Of a stretch of DNA of 64,000 nucleotides, positions 1-11,859 are shown piece by piece (position 1 is the first letter of the stretch; each line of letters starts with the position of its first letter). The stretch spans positions 124,001 through 188,000 of the forward strand of contig NW_003314280.1 in NCBI RefSeq assembly GCF_000143415.4. Reading direction: 5' to 3'. Made by a program: the position numbers and the translations under genes. The notes beneath the pieces are model-generated. The model worked only from the letters and a program-made list of their open reading frames with translations. It did not search any database and was not told where the DNA came from. This stretch comes from Selaginella moellendorffii. Lineage: Eukaryota; Plantae; Lycopodiophyta.

Positions 1-1752
1 TTGAGCGGCCCTCACAGTCAGGAACTTTGCATCCCAATCCTTTGAGGAACGCTTTTGCAACTGAAAGGATACATCAGGATGTCCTTCTGACTTCAATGTG
101 ATACGACTTTGTCCAGCACCATAAATCCCTTTGATATACTTGTTGAAGAAATCCATACCAAACACCATCTGAAAATCTGGTATCTTCAACACTACCAAGT
201 CCACTCTTTCTTTCCACTTGGATATCTTTATTGGAACATCACTCACAAACTTTCTGGCTACTTGCCCACCTTCCGCAAACCGGAAGTGCATAGGCGACAT
301 TTGCTAAGCATTCAATCCTAACAACTTAACTAAGTCTTTGGATATCACGCTGTGCGTAGCTCCCGTGTCAATCATCACTCGGATTCGGTGTCCACGGACA
401 AAGCCTACCAGATACATTAACGGATCAGTGTTTGCATTGACTGCAAGAAAAGCTTGAGGAAAGCAACGAAAGTTACTCACCTCTTCTTCCTCATAGTCTG
501 CATTGACCAACTCGTCAACCCCTTCGGCTTCACCACCACCGTCTTCCCACATGACATTAACCCGAGACCTTGTCTTATGCTTGTTGGGACATTCCGAGGA
601 CCTATGTCCCGACTCTCCACAATGGAAGCAATGACCCACACTACCCGTTCCGCTAGGAGCAGGTTTTGTAAGTTGCTGTTGCTTGTACCCACCAGGAGGA
701 GGAACAGAGGGCCTAGGACCAGAAGAAGCTGCTGGTGGTCTCCAACCACCACCACCTTTATTCACCGTAGCTTGTGAGCCCCCAGGGCAGTACCTACTTT
801 CCACCCTTTGTTTTCGATCACCTTGCTTATTCCCAAAAATTTTATTCTTGTCCGAGTTACCAGCATACAATTGCTGATATTGTTCTATGAGCGAGTGACT
901 AAAGGCAACTTGCTGTGCTGCCTCTTTACACTCCAGGTACGTCTTCGGCTTAAACTTCAAAATCTCATTTCGAGAAAGTGAACTTAAACCCTCCAGGAAA
1001 TAACTCCGAGCATCTTCGTCACTCATATTTGCAATCATAATGCGCTTCTGAGCAAACGCATTAACGTAATGCATAAGGTCCCCTCGCTGCTTTAACTGCC
1101 GCAGCTCTGCGCGAAGTCTCAGACCAAGATCATCCGGCAAGTATTCCTTACGGATACGAGACCGCATCTTGGTCCAACTTCTAGTCTGCCATTTTTCAGC
1201 ACACACCTGGCGCCACCAAGTTTTGGCATGATCGGGGAGAAAAGATTGTGCGGACGCAACTTTCGTACGATCATCTACGTCTGCCGCTATGAAGTAGTTC
1301 TCCATATCGTAGACCCAGTCTTCCAAAACCTAATAGTCTCACATGCCTCTGAAATTGGGTGGTTTCGGAGGCTTGAACTTTGAAACTCGTGCAACCGGGG
1401 GCGGCTGCAGAACTTCCTCATCCTCAGAACTTGAAGAGGAGTCCGGTTGCTTAGGCTTAGCTGGTTTAGCTGCCTCAGCTTCTTTCTTCCTCTTCTTGTT
1501 CTCCTTCTTCAATTTGTGAATCTCCTTTTGCAAATTCTCGATGTCGACTTCATGAGCCGTGTGCTGCAATGCTGCAGCATTTGGCTCGTCCTCTTCTGAC
1601 TCGGCCTCAGCCCCTTCCGTAGCATCTCTAGCAGGAGTTTCCTCCTCTCGATTTGCCCGTCTAGAGGTTTCAGCGTCATCAGCACGGTTCCTCTTCACCA
1701 TCCTGCTAGCTGCATGCATGCCTCTATCAGTAACTGAACATGCATACAACAT
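1..1752 (-). mobile_element. Ty3/Gypsy LTR retrotransposon gag-protease (pol continues off the left edge); inactivated by in-frame stops
   Basis: ORFs 1339-1752 and 304-1326 share one frame, separated by TGA/TAG codons (likely from CGA/CAG). Retrotrans_gag-like region (WVYDME...AKTWW...W..M...IRKEY), CCHC knuckle CFHCGESGHRSSEC, aspartic protease VMIDTGATHSVIS. The frame continues past TAG at 304. Confidence 0.92.
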
Positions 1753-1880
1753 TCTTACCGAATGGTGCTATCCAGCTAATCCTACACAGGTCGCTTCGGA
1801 TCTACTAGAAAAGTCTCTGCGTATGCAACTTGAGTCAGAAAATCCGACAAAAGTTGGATAGGAATCGCTGAGACAATTCC

Positions 1881-1890
1881 TCTGATACCA
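1881..1890 (-). promoter_or_regulatory. Primer-binding site (tRNA-iMet type, TGGTATCAGA)
   Basis: tctgatacca on the + strand, 2 nt from the LTR terminus TG at 1893 and upstream of gag. Confidence 0.85.
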
Positions 1891-1892
1891 AA

Positions 1893-2213
1893 TGTAGCGC
1901 ACCTGAATTTGGAGCCGAACTCCAAGCCCGTTGCGCTATGAAACGAGGGTCCGGTACAATCCCACGAGCACTAGCTCCCCGTATCCAGCACCTGCACGCA
2001 AAATGGTGTCAGACGGAGTCTGGCACAATTTTGGCATACCGGTGGCCTAACGCGAGAAGGAGGGTACTCCACCGACTAGTGGAGCTTGGGCTTAGACCCA
2101 AGCCGGACGCAGAACAAGGAGCGACACAGCCCAGTGGGAGCCAAACTAATGTCTCAGGTGGTCGGACATGCATTCCAACCACTATCCCTACTATACATTT
2201 GGAACCCCCCACA
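1893..2213 (-). repeat. LTR of the Gypsy element (TG...CA), adjoined by a polypurine tract at 2215-2227; alternative outer boundary at 2793
   Basis: tgtagcg at 1893 next to the PBS; ...ccccaca at 2213 followed by a C-run (a G-run PPT on the - strand). A second possible CA end (gtcaca) lies at 2793. Confidence 0.6.
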
Positions 2214-2793
2214 GCCCCCCCCCCCTTGAGGGACACACGCTTTGGGCTTTCACCCCAAGCCTCCCTTAGTACCAGGAGTTAGTCTCTGGGACAAGTCCGA
2301 AACTTACTAAATATGGAATGTCCTTAGATTGCGAATTTGGACACGGGACGAACACCATTGTGTTCAGGCCGATCTCTACATTTCGTAGATATGCCAAATG
2401 AGCTAATCTAGACACTTTCCATAAATAGCATTTAGGACCGAAATGAGACCAACACAAAGGGTATGATAGCGAGGGTGTTTGGCAGACACGGTAAGCTATC
2501 ATCTAGCGAATATTGAGGGACTAGTCTCAATATCGCGGGGGTTCCCAACACTAGCAAGTGCAAGTCAACGAATGAGTTTCTCTAACCAGGTCAAGTATGC
2601 TTGACAAATAGCATGTAGGAATTCCGTCCTTATGCTCATCTGGTCAAGTGCACATGCGATGACCAGTTTCTCAACTAGCTTGAGTGGAGACCATAAAAGG
2701 GACCAGCAGTACCAACCTCCTGCCATCGTGGCAGTAAGGAAAGAGTGCCCGTAAGGACTGGCCGACAAGTATCTTTCGATACCCGAAGTCACA

Positions 2794-2919
2794 TTCGCGA
2801 CATTTGGGCCGGCCAGTGGGCGCACTGCATGGCCCCGGCCGGGGGAGGAGGTGTGAGTGACACCCGTCTGCTTGCCTGGTAAAGCTCTCTTTTTTTTACC
2901 ATGGCTCCTCCCAGCCATG
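2794..2919 (+). repeat. Left arm of a long inverted repeat (partner at 9151-9288); TIR-like
   Basis: Its reverse complement aligns with 9151-9279: ggaggagccatggtaaaaaaaagagagctttaccaggcaagcagacgggtgt versus gaagagccatggtaaaaaaaaagagagctttactaggcaagtagatgggtgt. Confidence 0.85.
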
Positions 2920-3116
2920 AGGTTTCCAGGGGAAGCGGGAGAGGGGGCACTGCTGCCCAGCAGCGACAAGGACAGGGGACCGCTCATGTGTTTTACTTTT
3001 GCAGGGCCACATAACTGTTATGTAATTTAGCCCGGCTGGGACAGGCTCAGCAGACCAAGCCCAACACAAGCTGTACCTCTCTGTGCTCTTCTTTCTCCCT
3101 CGACACAGCAAGGAAT

Positions 3117-3395
3117 GTGCATGTTCTTACTGGAAGTCTCCCATCGCCAAGCAGCTGCATTCCCTTTTCCAGCGGAAGGAGCACAAATCGTCCGAGCAGG
3201 ATTTTGGCGACGAGCAGCTGCAATGGCGTGGCCAGAGGCATCGACAGGGAAGCAGCGGCCAGGGATTTTCTGGAATGGATGGCAAGCAAGGGCGTGGCAA
3301 AGCCTGGAGGTGTGGAGGTGAGGCACGAAGAGCTGGGACTGGGGCTGTTTGCCAAGTGCAGCGTGGACCCGACTCAAATCTCCTTCATTGTCTGA
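3117..3395 (+). pseudogene. Captured N-terminal fragment of a plastid SET-domain (Rubisco-LSMT-like) methyltransferase
   Basis: Ser/Arg-rich transit-peptide-like stretch, then DFLEWMASKGV...VEVRHEELGLGLFA, typical of the start of LSMT-family SET domains; truncated. Confidence 0.55.
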
Positions 3396-3418
3396 TGGTT
3401 GTTTCCTATTTTTTATCA

Positions 3419-3790
3419 AGCAGGGGATTTGCTTTCATCATGTACAAAAGTGTTGAGGCCTCGAGGAAAGCCATCAATGATCCCAACAAGACAATAGAGG
3501 TAAGCTACCCAAACATACCGTGGTTTTTACTGACGAGTCTGTTCTTCCAGGGAATGCACGTAATTGTAAAGTGAGTGGCAGATGGTCAAAAGGAAAAATC
3601 AATGTCCCAGTCCTCGGCACAAAACCAAGGGGGTCCCCAACTCCAAGTGGGCTACAGCGTCATCAATCCAAACTTACCAGCATTTGTGAGGCCGATAGTG
3701 GCTGGAGCTGGAACTCCGGCTCTCGGATTCTCGCCATACACTCTGGGGCTGCCAACGTACATGAGCCAGCCAGTGTGTTCTTACTGGAAT
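3419..3790 (+). pseudogene. Captured RRM fragment of a UBP1-associated protein (UBA2c-like) with a retained intron
   Basis: SRGFAFIMYKSVEASRKAINDPNKTIE, GT-AG intron 3500-3550, then GMHVIVK*VADGQK; RNP1 motif present, in-frame stop. Confidence 0.7.
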
Positions 3791-3892
3791 TCCGCGGTTT
3801 CTCAAGTTTTTTCTAGGCCTCATGTCAGAGAAACTCTGGTGGACAGGAAGAATCAACTCAAGAACCAGCTCAAAAAGCTGCAGCGCTTGGGA

Positions 3893-4474
3893 CCAAGGTT
3901 GGTCCCGACCGTTTTGAACACTGACAGGCCAACCGGCCAACTGTGGTTATCGATCGGTTGTGAAAGTGCCGAATGGCTGAACGGTTCACAAAAATTTTTT
4001 TATAAAAAAAAACGTTTTTAATAAAACCACACGAAAACCAAAGTATTAGACCAAACCAAACTAATTATTACTCATCTTCTTCAACTTCGGCAACTTTCTT
4101 GACATTTCTGGCATCTTCCTTGACAATAATGTCCTCATTTGGAAGATCTTTTTCAACTAAATCTTCTATACCAAGAGATTCAAGCTTAACATGCATTTCT
4201 ACAATCCTCATACATTATGATTCGATTGCAATTGTGTTGAGATCAATTTCTAAGAACTTCATTCCTTCACTTTCAATACAACCCACCACTCTTGGTGTTA
4301 TTGTGCACATAAACCAACTTTTTCAACTTCTCTGGAAGCAAAATGCACCTTGATTCGTTTCAGCAGATTGCCATACATTTTTCCACAATAATTACATTTC
4401 CAACGGTCAACTCCTTTGCCAGAAGCATAAAGAGTGAGCTTAGCAACATGGGACCATGCTCAATTAGGCGCCAT
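3893..4474 (-). mobile_element. Internally deleted hAT-type element: BED zinc finger fused to the transposase C-terminus
   Basis: - strand from ATG 4474: AWSHVAK...WKCNYCGKMY...RIKVHFA (zf-BED), then KLKKLVYVHNN (end of the hAT dimerisation domain) and an acidic tail. ACCG/CGGTT subterminal-like motifs at 3893-3990. Confidence 0.65.
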
Positions 4475-4959
4475 TGCTCAACTATGCTAGAATCGCTAGA
4501 ATCAAATCTCTAAAATCACTGGAATCATAATTCCCATATTAGAGTTCAAGCATTGTGAACTGGGCAATTTGCGAGGCCTCTTTTGGCAACACCTGATTGC
4601 ATCCAAAAGGTCAGTTTTTAGCTTGTCTGTATCCCTCAGTAAAAATCTTTTGTTTTCTAGATCTCCATTTCCAAAAGAAATTGTTGAAATTAATGTTGCA
4701 CCTTTGACATGTATTGAATGCTATCCGACACAGACATACACATTCCACCTATAATGATAACGTTGAAGACACTAACCAGCACCAACATACATATATCTTT
4801 TACAACAATAATATTCAAGAGGCTATGGAGTATCAACATCAAACAAATCTTAATAATTCCTCATTGAGTAGTAATCACACTGAATAGCAGTCAATTTCCA
4901 ATTCCCATTTTGCCCCCTTCACCTCAGATTCGCAGCACACTTGCTAGCAATTACCTATA

Positions 4960-7900
4960 TAATGATACATCTGTTTTGACAATGAATATAGGTCCCTTAT
5001 CATATATTTGTAAGTATTGTCATGCCTCACACTTTGCCAATGAGAACAAGTCTATTTATTGCCAGAGTGGACAGGTCTACCTGCCTCTAATACTTCCATT
5101 TACCACCTTTTCTATATTCTGTATATAACTCACACAAACACTCTAATTTCAAGTGTAATATAAGACAATATAATAATGCACTTACTTTCGTGTCTATGGG
5201 AGCTAGCATTGATACTTTTACAGGTCATGGTCTATATTGCTATAGAATTCATAGACAAATCTATCACAAAATTATGCCACAAAATCTTTCAATACATCAA
5301 AATCCAAGTTACAGTCAATTGTACATGCTAGACTCCAATGAGGCTACTAATATCAGAAAACAAAACCCTTTTAACATTAACTGTGATTATAATTTATTGC
5401 TTCAAGTAGATATGATACTTCGACATATTAATTTATCTGCACAAGCTTTTAGAATGATGTATGAATTGGAACAAGAAAATATTTCAAGAATTATTATTTC
5501 TGGTAGCAATTTATGTGGAGTATATATGCTCATTAAAAATGAAGGCACAGACCATCGTCAATATAATACTCCACAAACTAATGATGTTGCAATAATTTTC
5601 CAAAGTGAAGATGGTATGCCAGCTTTTGACCATGAAATATGCATTCATCCAAAATAATCAAAACCACAACATATATTTATTTTAAATGCTAATTGTGATC
5701 CTATGGTTATTGCTTTTTCCATATGGAGATAAAGCCTGGCATGACAAGCTTTCTTCTAACAAACATATAACACTCCTTCAATATTATGCCTATCCTTTGT
5801 CTAGAAGAGATTCAACATTATCAACCTCTACAGTTACATATGACCACATTTTACATTGTGGAAAACTCACCTAACAATATATTGTAGATGCCTATGTTAA
5901 AATTGAAAGCAACAATTTACAATACTATAGATCTAATCAAAAAATATTAGACTTGATATTTATACAGGTTTGATGGATTATGTTGCTGGCAAAGCTGCTG
6001 ATGCAAATGCTCAACCAGGAAAAATTATTATTTTACCTTCTACTTTTATAGAAAGCTCGAGAACTATGCAACAAAATTACCAAGATGCTATGGCAATTGT
6101 ATAAAATACTCAAAACTTGATATTTTTATAACTTTCACTTGCAACCCTAAATAGCCAGAGATAAGATAAAATCTGCACCCTAATAAAGGACCTGAAGACT
6201 GACTTGATTTAGTTGCTAGGGTTTTTAACATGAAGCTAAAATATTTTCTCCATGATATTACAAAAAATAATATCTTTGGAAGATGTTTTTCATTTATATA
6301 TGTCATTGAATTCCAAAAAAGAGGGTTTCCACATTGTCATTTCCTAGGCATATAAAACAATAAAAGTAAAATTAAAGACCATGACATTATTGATTAATAT
6401 GTATCTGCTCAATTACTTAACCCTTTTTCAGAGCTTGAACTATTTGAAATAATCACATCACATATAATACATGGTCTATGTGGATTACTAAATCCTCAAA
6501 GTCCATGCATAGAAAATAAAAAATGCTCTAAAAACTATCCCAAAAACTTCAATAATGGGACTATATATTATGTGGATAGGTAGCCAGACTATTTTAAGCC
6601 AAACAATGGTCGCACCTTCCCTAAAAATGATGTTCCAATTGATAACTATTGGTTTGTCCCATATAATAAATATTTATATAAAAAATACAAAACCCATATA
6701 AATGTAGAAATATATACATCAATTAAAAGCATTAAATGTCTTTTTCAATATATTTATAAAGGATATGATTGTGCAACCATTGAAATCCAAATAGCTACTC
6801 AATCTGAAAATGTATTAAATTGAGATGAAATCACGAATTTTATAAATACCCAATAATATAAAGCACCAGAAGCTATTTGGAGGATACTTAAATGTAAAAT
6901 GCATGGACACTCACACCCTATAATATGTATACCCATACATCTTTTTGACTTCTAAAATATATATTTTATAGAAGGCTTTGAGCACAATGCCTTGCAAAGA
7001 GCAACACGTAATGGAACAATGCTAACAAAATAGTTTAAGCTTAATATTCATGATTCAAATGCAAAATAATATACCTACATTCAAATACCTTTACATTATG
7101 TTTTCAATAAATCTACTAATGTACGGCAATGTCGAAAAAAGAAAAAGGTTATTCTTTGACTATACTTAGTATCTCCTCTAAATACTGAGTTGTACCACCT
7201 ATGTATTATTCTTCTTCATAAAAAAGGTGCAACATTCTTCAACAATATTAAAATAGTTAATGATATAACTTACTAAAGCTTTCAATAAACTACTATTGCT
7301 ATGGGCCTTCTTGACGATGATAATGAGTGGTATAATTGTCTACAAAAAGCATGCAATTTCCAAATATCTACACAAATTGCATTAACTCTTTACTTTTATA
7401 TATATTTTTTGCAATTTATAAAACCCACCATATTTTTGGGGGTGTTTTTAAGGATCAATTCTCTTAAGATTTTGGTAAAACAGATATTTTATGCCAATAT
7501 AAAGTTACTCTAATAGACATTAACTCAAGAATGAAAATACATGGTAAAATAAATTAATCATATAACATACCTATCCCAACTCTAAATACCTCTATTCAAT
7601 CAATACCAAATTGCAACCATTCATATACAAAAATTTACCATGATATAAGAAACTTGAATGCTTAATAATTAGCTATATTCAATAAAATTATTAACATTAT
7701 TGAGTGCTCAATTAATACCAACCATTTTATTTTTATTAATGGCCCTAGCGGCACTAGTAAACATATTTATTAAATACAATGGTAAAATATTTTGAGTTCT
7801 ACAATAAAAAAGTGGTTTGTATGGCATGAATAGGCATTGCAAGCACACTACTACACAATGGACAAACATCCTATACAACCTTTACGTTACCAGTTCCAAT

Positions 7901-9040
7901 TAATGATATATCTGTTTCTAGTTTAACACCTACTAACAATACCAGTAGATCTATGAAAGCAATATAAGTGCTTATTTGGGATGAAATTAATATGGTTTAT
8001 ACACTTGCCTTTTCAGCTGTCAATCATTGCCTAAGAGACTTGAAATAGAACAATTCTCCATTTGGTGGCATTGTTATTATTACAAGTGGTGACTTCCATC
8101 AAATATTACCAGTTGTCCCATACAGTCATCAAACACAGATTATTTCCAAATCTGTAAGAATGAATAGTCTATAGAATCTATTTAGAAAGTTCCAATTGCA
8201 AATAAATATGCAGTTTGGCCCCAAGTTTCTAGATTGGGCAACATGGCTATTGAAAGTCAGTGATGGAAATAATTACACACAAAACCCTATTTGCCACTTG
8301 AGTCTATCCTTCTTCCTTCAAAACTAATTAGAAGTACCTTTATTATTAGTTTCGTATTCGGATGTATCAAAGATATTTCAAATGTTCAAATTGCAGCAAA
8401 TAGAGCCATTTTAACACCTCTCAATGATGATACATTTCCAATTAACAACAACATCATCTCTCAATTACCAGGTCCACCTCAAATTTACACTAGCATTGAC
8501 TCCGTTGATGTTGAATATCCTGAAGATTTCCCAATTAAATTTCTAAGCTCTATCATTCCCGTTGGACTACCACCACACAAATTGATTCTAAAAGAAGGTT
8601 ATATAATTATTCTTCTGAGAAATATGTTTCCAACAATTGGATTATGCAATGGGACTCGACTAATGGTCAAAAGAACTTCACCTAAAGTTTTTGATTGTAA
8701 AATAATTATAGGTGAATTTAAAGGTACTAGAAATTTTTTCCCATGCATTAACTTCTCTGATTCAGATGTTCTATTCCATATGTCTCAAAAACAATTTCCT
8801 CTTCATCTTGGATACTGCTTGACATTTTCAAAATGTCAAGGTTAAACATTTGATCGTGTGGGCATCTACTTACCCTAGCCAGTCTTTTCCAATTGGCAAC
8901 TCTATGTTGCACTCTTAAGATGCACATCACCACAACAACTTGCAATTCAAGTTGACACAACTCATACATAAGGCCATTTAATTCTATTCAATTCATCAAC
9001 ATTCACCATCAATACTATATATAAAGAAGCTTTATATTAA
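4960..9040 (+). mobile_element. Helitron Rep/PIF1-helicase (RepHel) pseudogene
   Basis: N-terminal region: CKYCHA..F..E Zn motif, YNNAL.F.SMGA, YRIHRQIYH, LLFPYGD, ILPSTF..S.R.MQQNYQDAMAIV. Rep motifs: FITFTCNP, IEFQKRGFPHCH, HINVE...YIYKGYD. Helicase motifs: GPSGTSK, WDEINM, FGG...GDFHQILPV, GLCNGTRL, QFPL...KCQG.TFDRVG, QLYVAL. Many stops and frameshifts. Confidence 0.93.
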
Positions 9041-9150
9041 AGCCTAGTGCTAGAGATGGAAGAATCACTTCACAAGAAAATTGTGAGATGTGAGCAAGTT
9101 CTATTACAAAGAAATGTTGATGAGTTTGAGAGGCTTTGCCAACTACCTAG

Positions 9151-9288
9151 CATTGGTTGGGAAGAGCCATGGTAAAAAAAAAGAGAGCTTTACTAGGCAA
9201 GTAGATGGGTGTTGCTTATAGCTCTTCCCTTGGCCCGGGCTGTGCCATGCACCCACTGGCCAGCCCAAAACCTCGCAAAAATATTCCC
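9151..9288 (-). repeat. Right arm of the long inverted repeat; outer end reads GGGAATATTTTTGCG on the - strand (MULE-like TIR terminus)
   Basis: Inverted match to 2794-2919, differing largely by C->T/G->A changes. Confidence 0.8.
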
Positions 9289-10274
9289 ATGGCTAGATGA
9301 GTTATTTAGAGTTTGAGGTTTGGTAAATAATGTTTTTCAAAAATCTGTATACAATTAATAAAAAATATTATTACTTGATGATTCATTCAATTCTACTTTC
9401 TTAATAAAGTAAGTTTTTTTCTTAAGTACACAAAAATGTAGAACTTTATACATTAAATTTAAAACTCACTAAAACTACATACACCTTGTAAATTTAAAAA
9501 TATAAATAAATTAAAGTTAAATTTATAAATTTAAAATTAAAGCTTTATAACAATGAAATGGAGGCTGAAATTTTATAATGATAAATTAATTTTAAGGTTT
9601 TGTTCTATACTGGGGTAAAGTAGAGGCTGCTCAACATGGAAAAACTGTACATTCTAAAATTCTTAAGGATGGGTTCAATACAAGTAGCAGCATGAGTGAA
9701 AATGCATAAACCTAATATTCTGCGAGAGGAAGAAGCTAAAGCCTTAAAAGATCATACATGTACATAGATACCTATGGTGGCAGTAGCAGTGATTATTATT
9801 TTGTATTCTACTCTATATAACCTACCATATATTATAGACTTGTAGTTTTAGAAAACAATTTTAGTTTATGTTCTGAAATTCAGATTATATTATAAGATAT
9901 ATGTATATTATAATATTTATATTACAGTATTGATAATTTTAGTGATAATATTATAATACACTATTAAAATTATAAATTAATAATAATATTATGTTATACA
10001 TATTTAAAATTATATTTTACTTCACAAAAAATAAAAGTTATATTTATTAACTATTCTGTAGTAATGTTTTGCCAATACTTAGTTAATTTAAATAATTTGT
10101 AACTAATTACATTATTACAATTTGTTTTAATCATTCATCAACTTCTACACAACATTAGTTTTGAAAGCTCCAACTTGGCTTGTATTTAGAAACCTGATAC
10201 TACACACAACAAATTATAAAATAATAGTAGAAAGAAATAAAACATACTTATTGTTTTCTTGCACATTTTTTCTT

Positions 10275-11465
10275 TTAAGTGTCAAGTTCAACAATAAAAA
10301 ACTTCAATTTTTCGGTATCTCTATAGCTCTTGAGCTCGCAACAAATCTTCAGATTGTACATCTTTGATCGAATAGAGTCCATTACAGCCAATAAAACAGT
10401 ATAATCATCATCTTGTAGCACAGCCAGCTTACATTCAGGCATCCCTATAATTTCATTTGCAGCATCATCAAATGCAACTGCCCATATATGTGCAGTGCTG
10501 TCCAGAATACACAAGTGTAGTGCATCTCCAGAATCAGTATCACAAGAGTTGCATTGCCACATACTTTCTGAAGCCTGAGTAACCTTCTTGCCACATTGCC
10601 TTCCATTGACAACCTTCACGCATGCTGGGTAATAGAAGTCACCAGTCTGGAATTCTTTCACTGACACAATAACACAAAAAATAGCAGAAAACTCGGAAAA
10701 CCTTCAGGTTGATAGACAACATCTCAGATACTGGCTTTGTACCCTCACAGCTGCGTGAATGGATGGTTGCTAGCTACAACACAACCAGATTTGTCCATGT
10801 GACCAACTCCTCTTCTAAAGCAGTGATTTCTACATCTTCTAATTCAGGATCAACTAAAAGGGTAGAGCCACCTGTGACTGTAATGGACTTGCCATTGTAA
10901 TCTGAAATCCGGCCACCCTTCACAGATACAATAGGTCTCTTCCCTCAACCAAGTTTCTCCTTGATTTCTGAACCTTCATTTGAATCCCACAGACACATGT
11001 CTATACTGTCATCACTCAAACAAATCATCCTCCTTCTCATGAATGCTCCAGAATCCTTAGGAGAAATGTTTGTCTGTCCAATCCACATTACACCGACAAT
11101 CACGTATATAAATGTCTCTTGGCCGAGCTTAGAAGCATCTAAAACACTTGTTCTATTAAGAACAACATTTGGAATACATAGATCGTCCTCTACACACTTG
11201 ATCTCCATAGTCTTGCTTGCTTTTATCTCCCTAATTTATATGCTGGTTTAGAGCACTGTACATCACTGTTCCCTGAAAATATATAGACACTGCCTTGCTC
11301 AATCTTGCTTGAAAGATGCTTTGCATTCTCGCCAAACCCAACAATATGTATTTTGGAACTTTCTGCATCAGCAACATAAACTGACATAACACACCCAGCT
11401 GTGCCTACTTCAAAGAATACAAGTTTCCCTTTGTGTGTCACCTTGAAGCGAAAAGACCATCGGTA
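10275..11465 (-). pseudogene. RPA70/RPA1-like OB-fold ssDNA-binding protein (DBD-A, B, C), degenerate
   Basis: RWSFRFKVTHKG (DBD-A); GVMWIGQ...RRMICLSDDS...LWD and VKGGRISDYNGKSI (DBD-B); FYYPAC...CGKKV...WQCNSCD...DSTAHIWAVAFDDAANEIIG (Zn-containing DBD-C); frameshifted. Confidence 0.85.
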
Positions 11466-11859
11466 GTGAGAAAAAAAATGTAATAATGTTATATATACAT
11501 ATGTAATGTAATTAGTTACAAACAATTTGTAACTAAGTAACTAATTTGTAATGTATTTAGACAAAACTAACTAGTAGTCATAGTGCTTTAAATTTTTTTT
11601 TTATAAAAGAAATATCATAAGACAAATCTGGGAGTGTCATATATATTTCAGTTGTCAGCTTTTCATTTATATTGTTTCTTTATATTAACAAAGACATATT
11701 CAAGCATGAGATTTCATAGGTGGTTATGTTAAAAGTTTTGAATGTGAAAGTGTGGGAAAGCTTACTCGATTGTAAGAAGAAGTTCAGCCTTTTCTATATC
11801 ATGTTTTTTAAATATATATTCTCTAATTACATTAACCTTGAAGGATATGCACTTTGGTG

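Noticed and set aside
9044-9048. CTAG|T as the Helitron 3' terminus
   Set aside because: No GC-rich subterminal hairpin upstream, so it is too weak to call.
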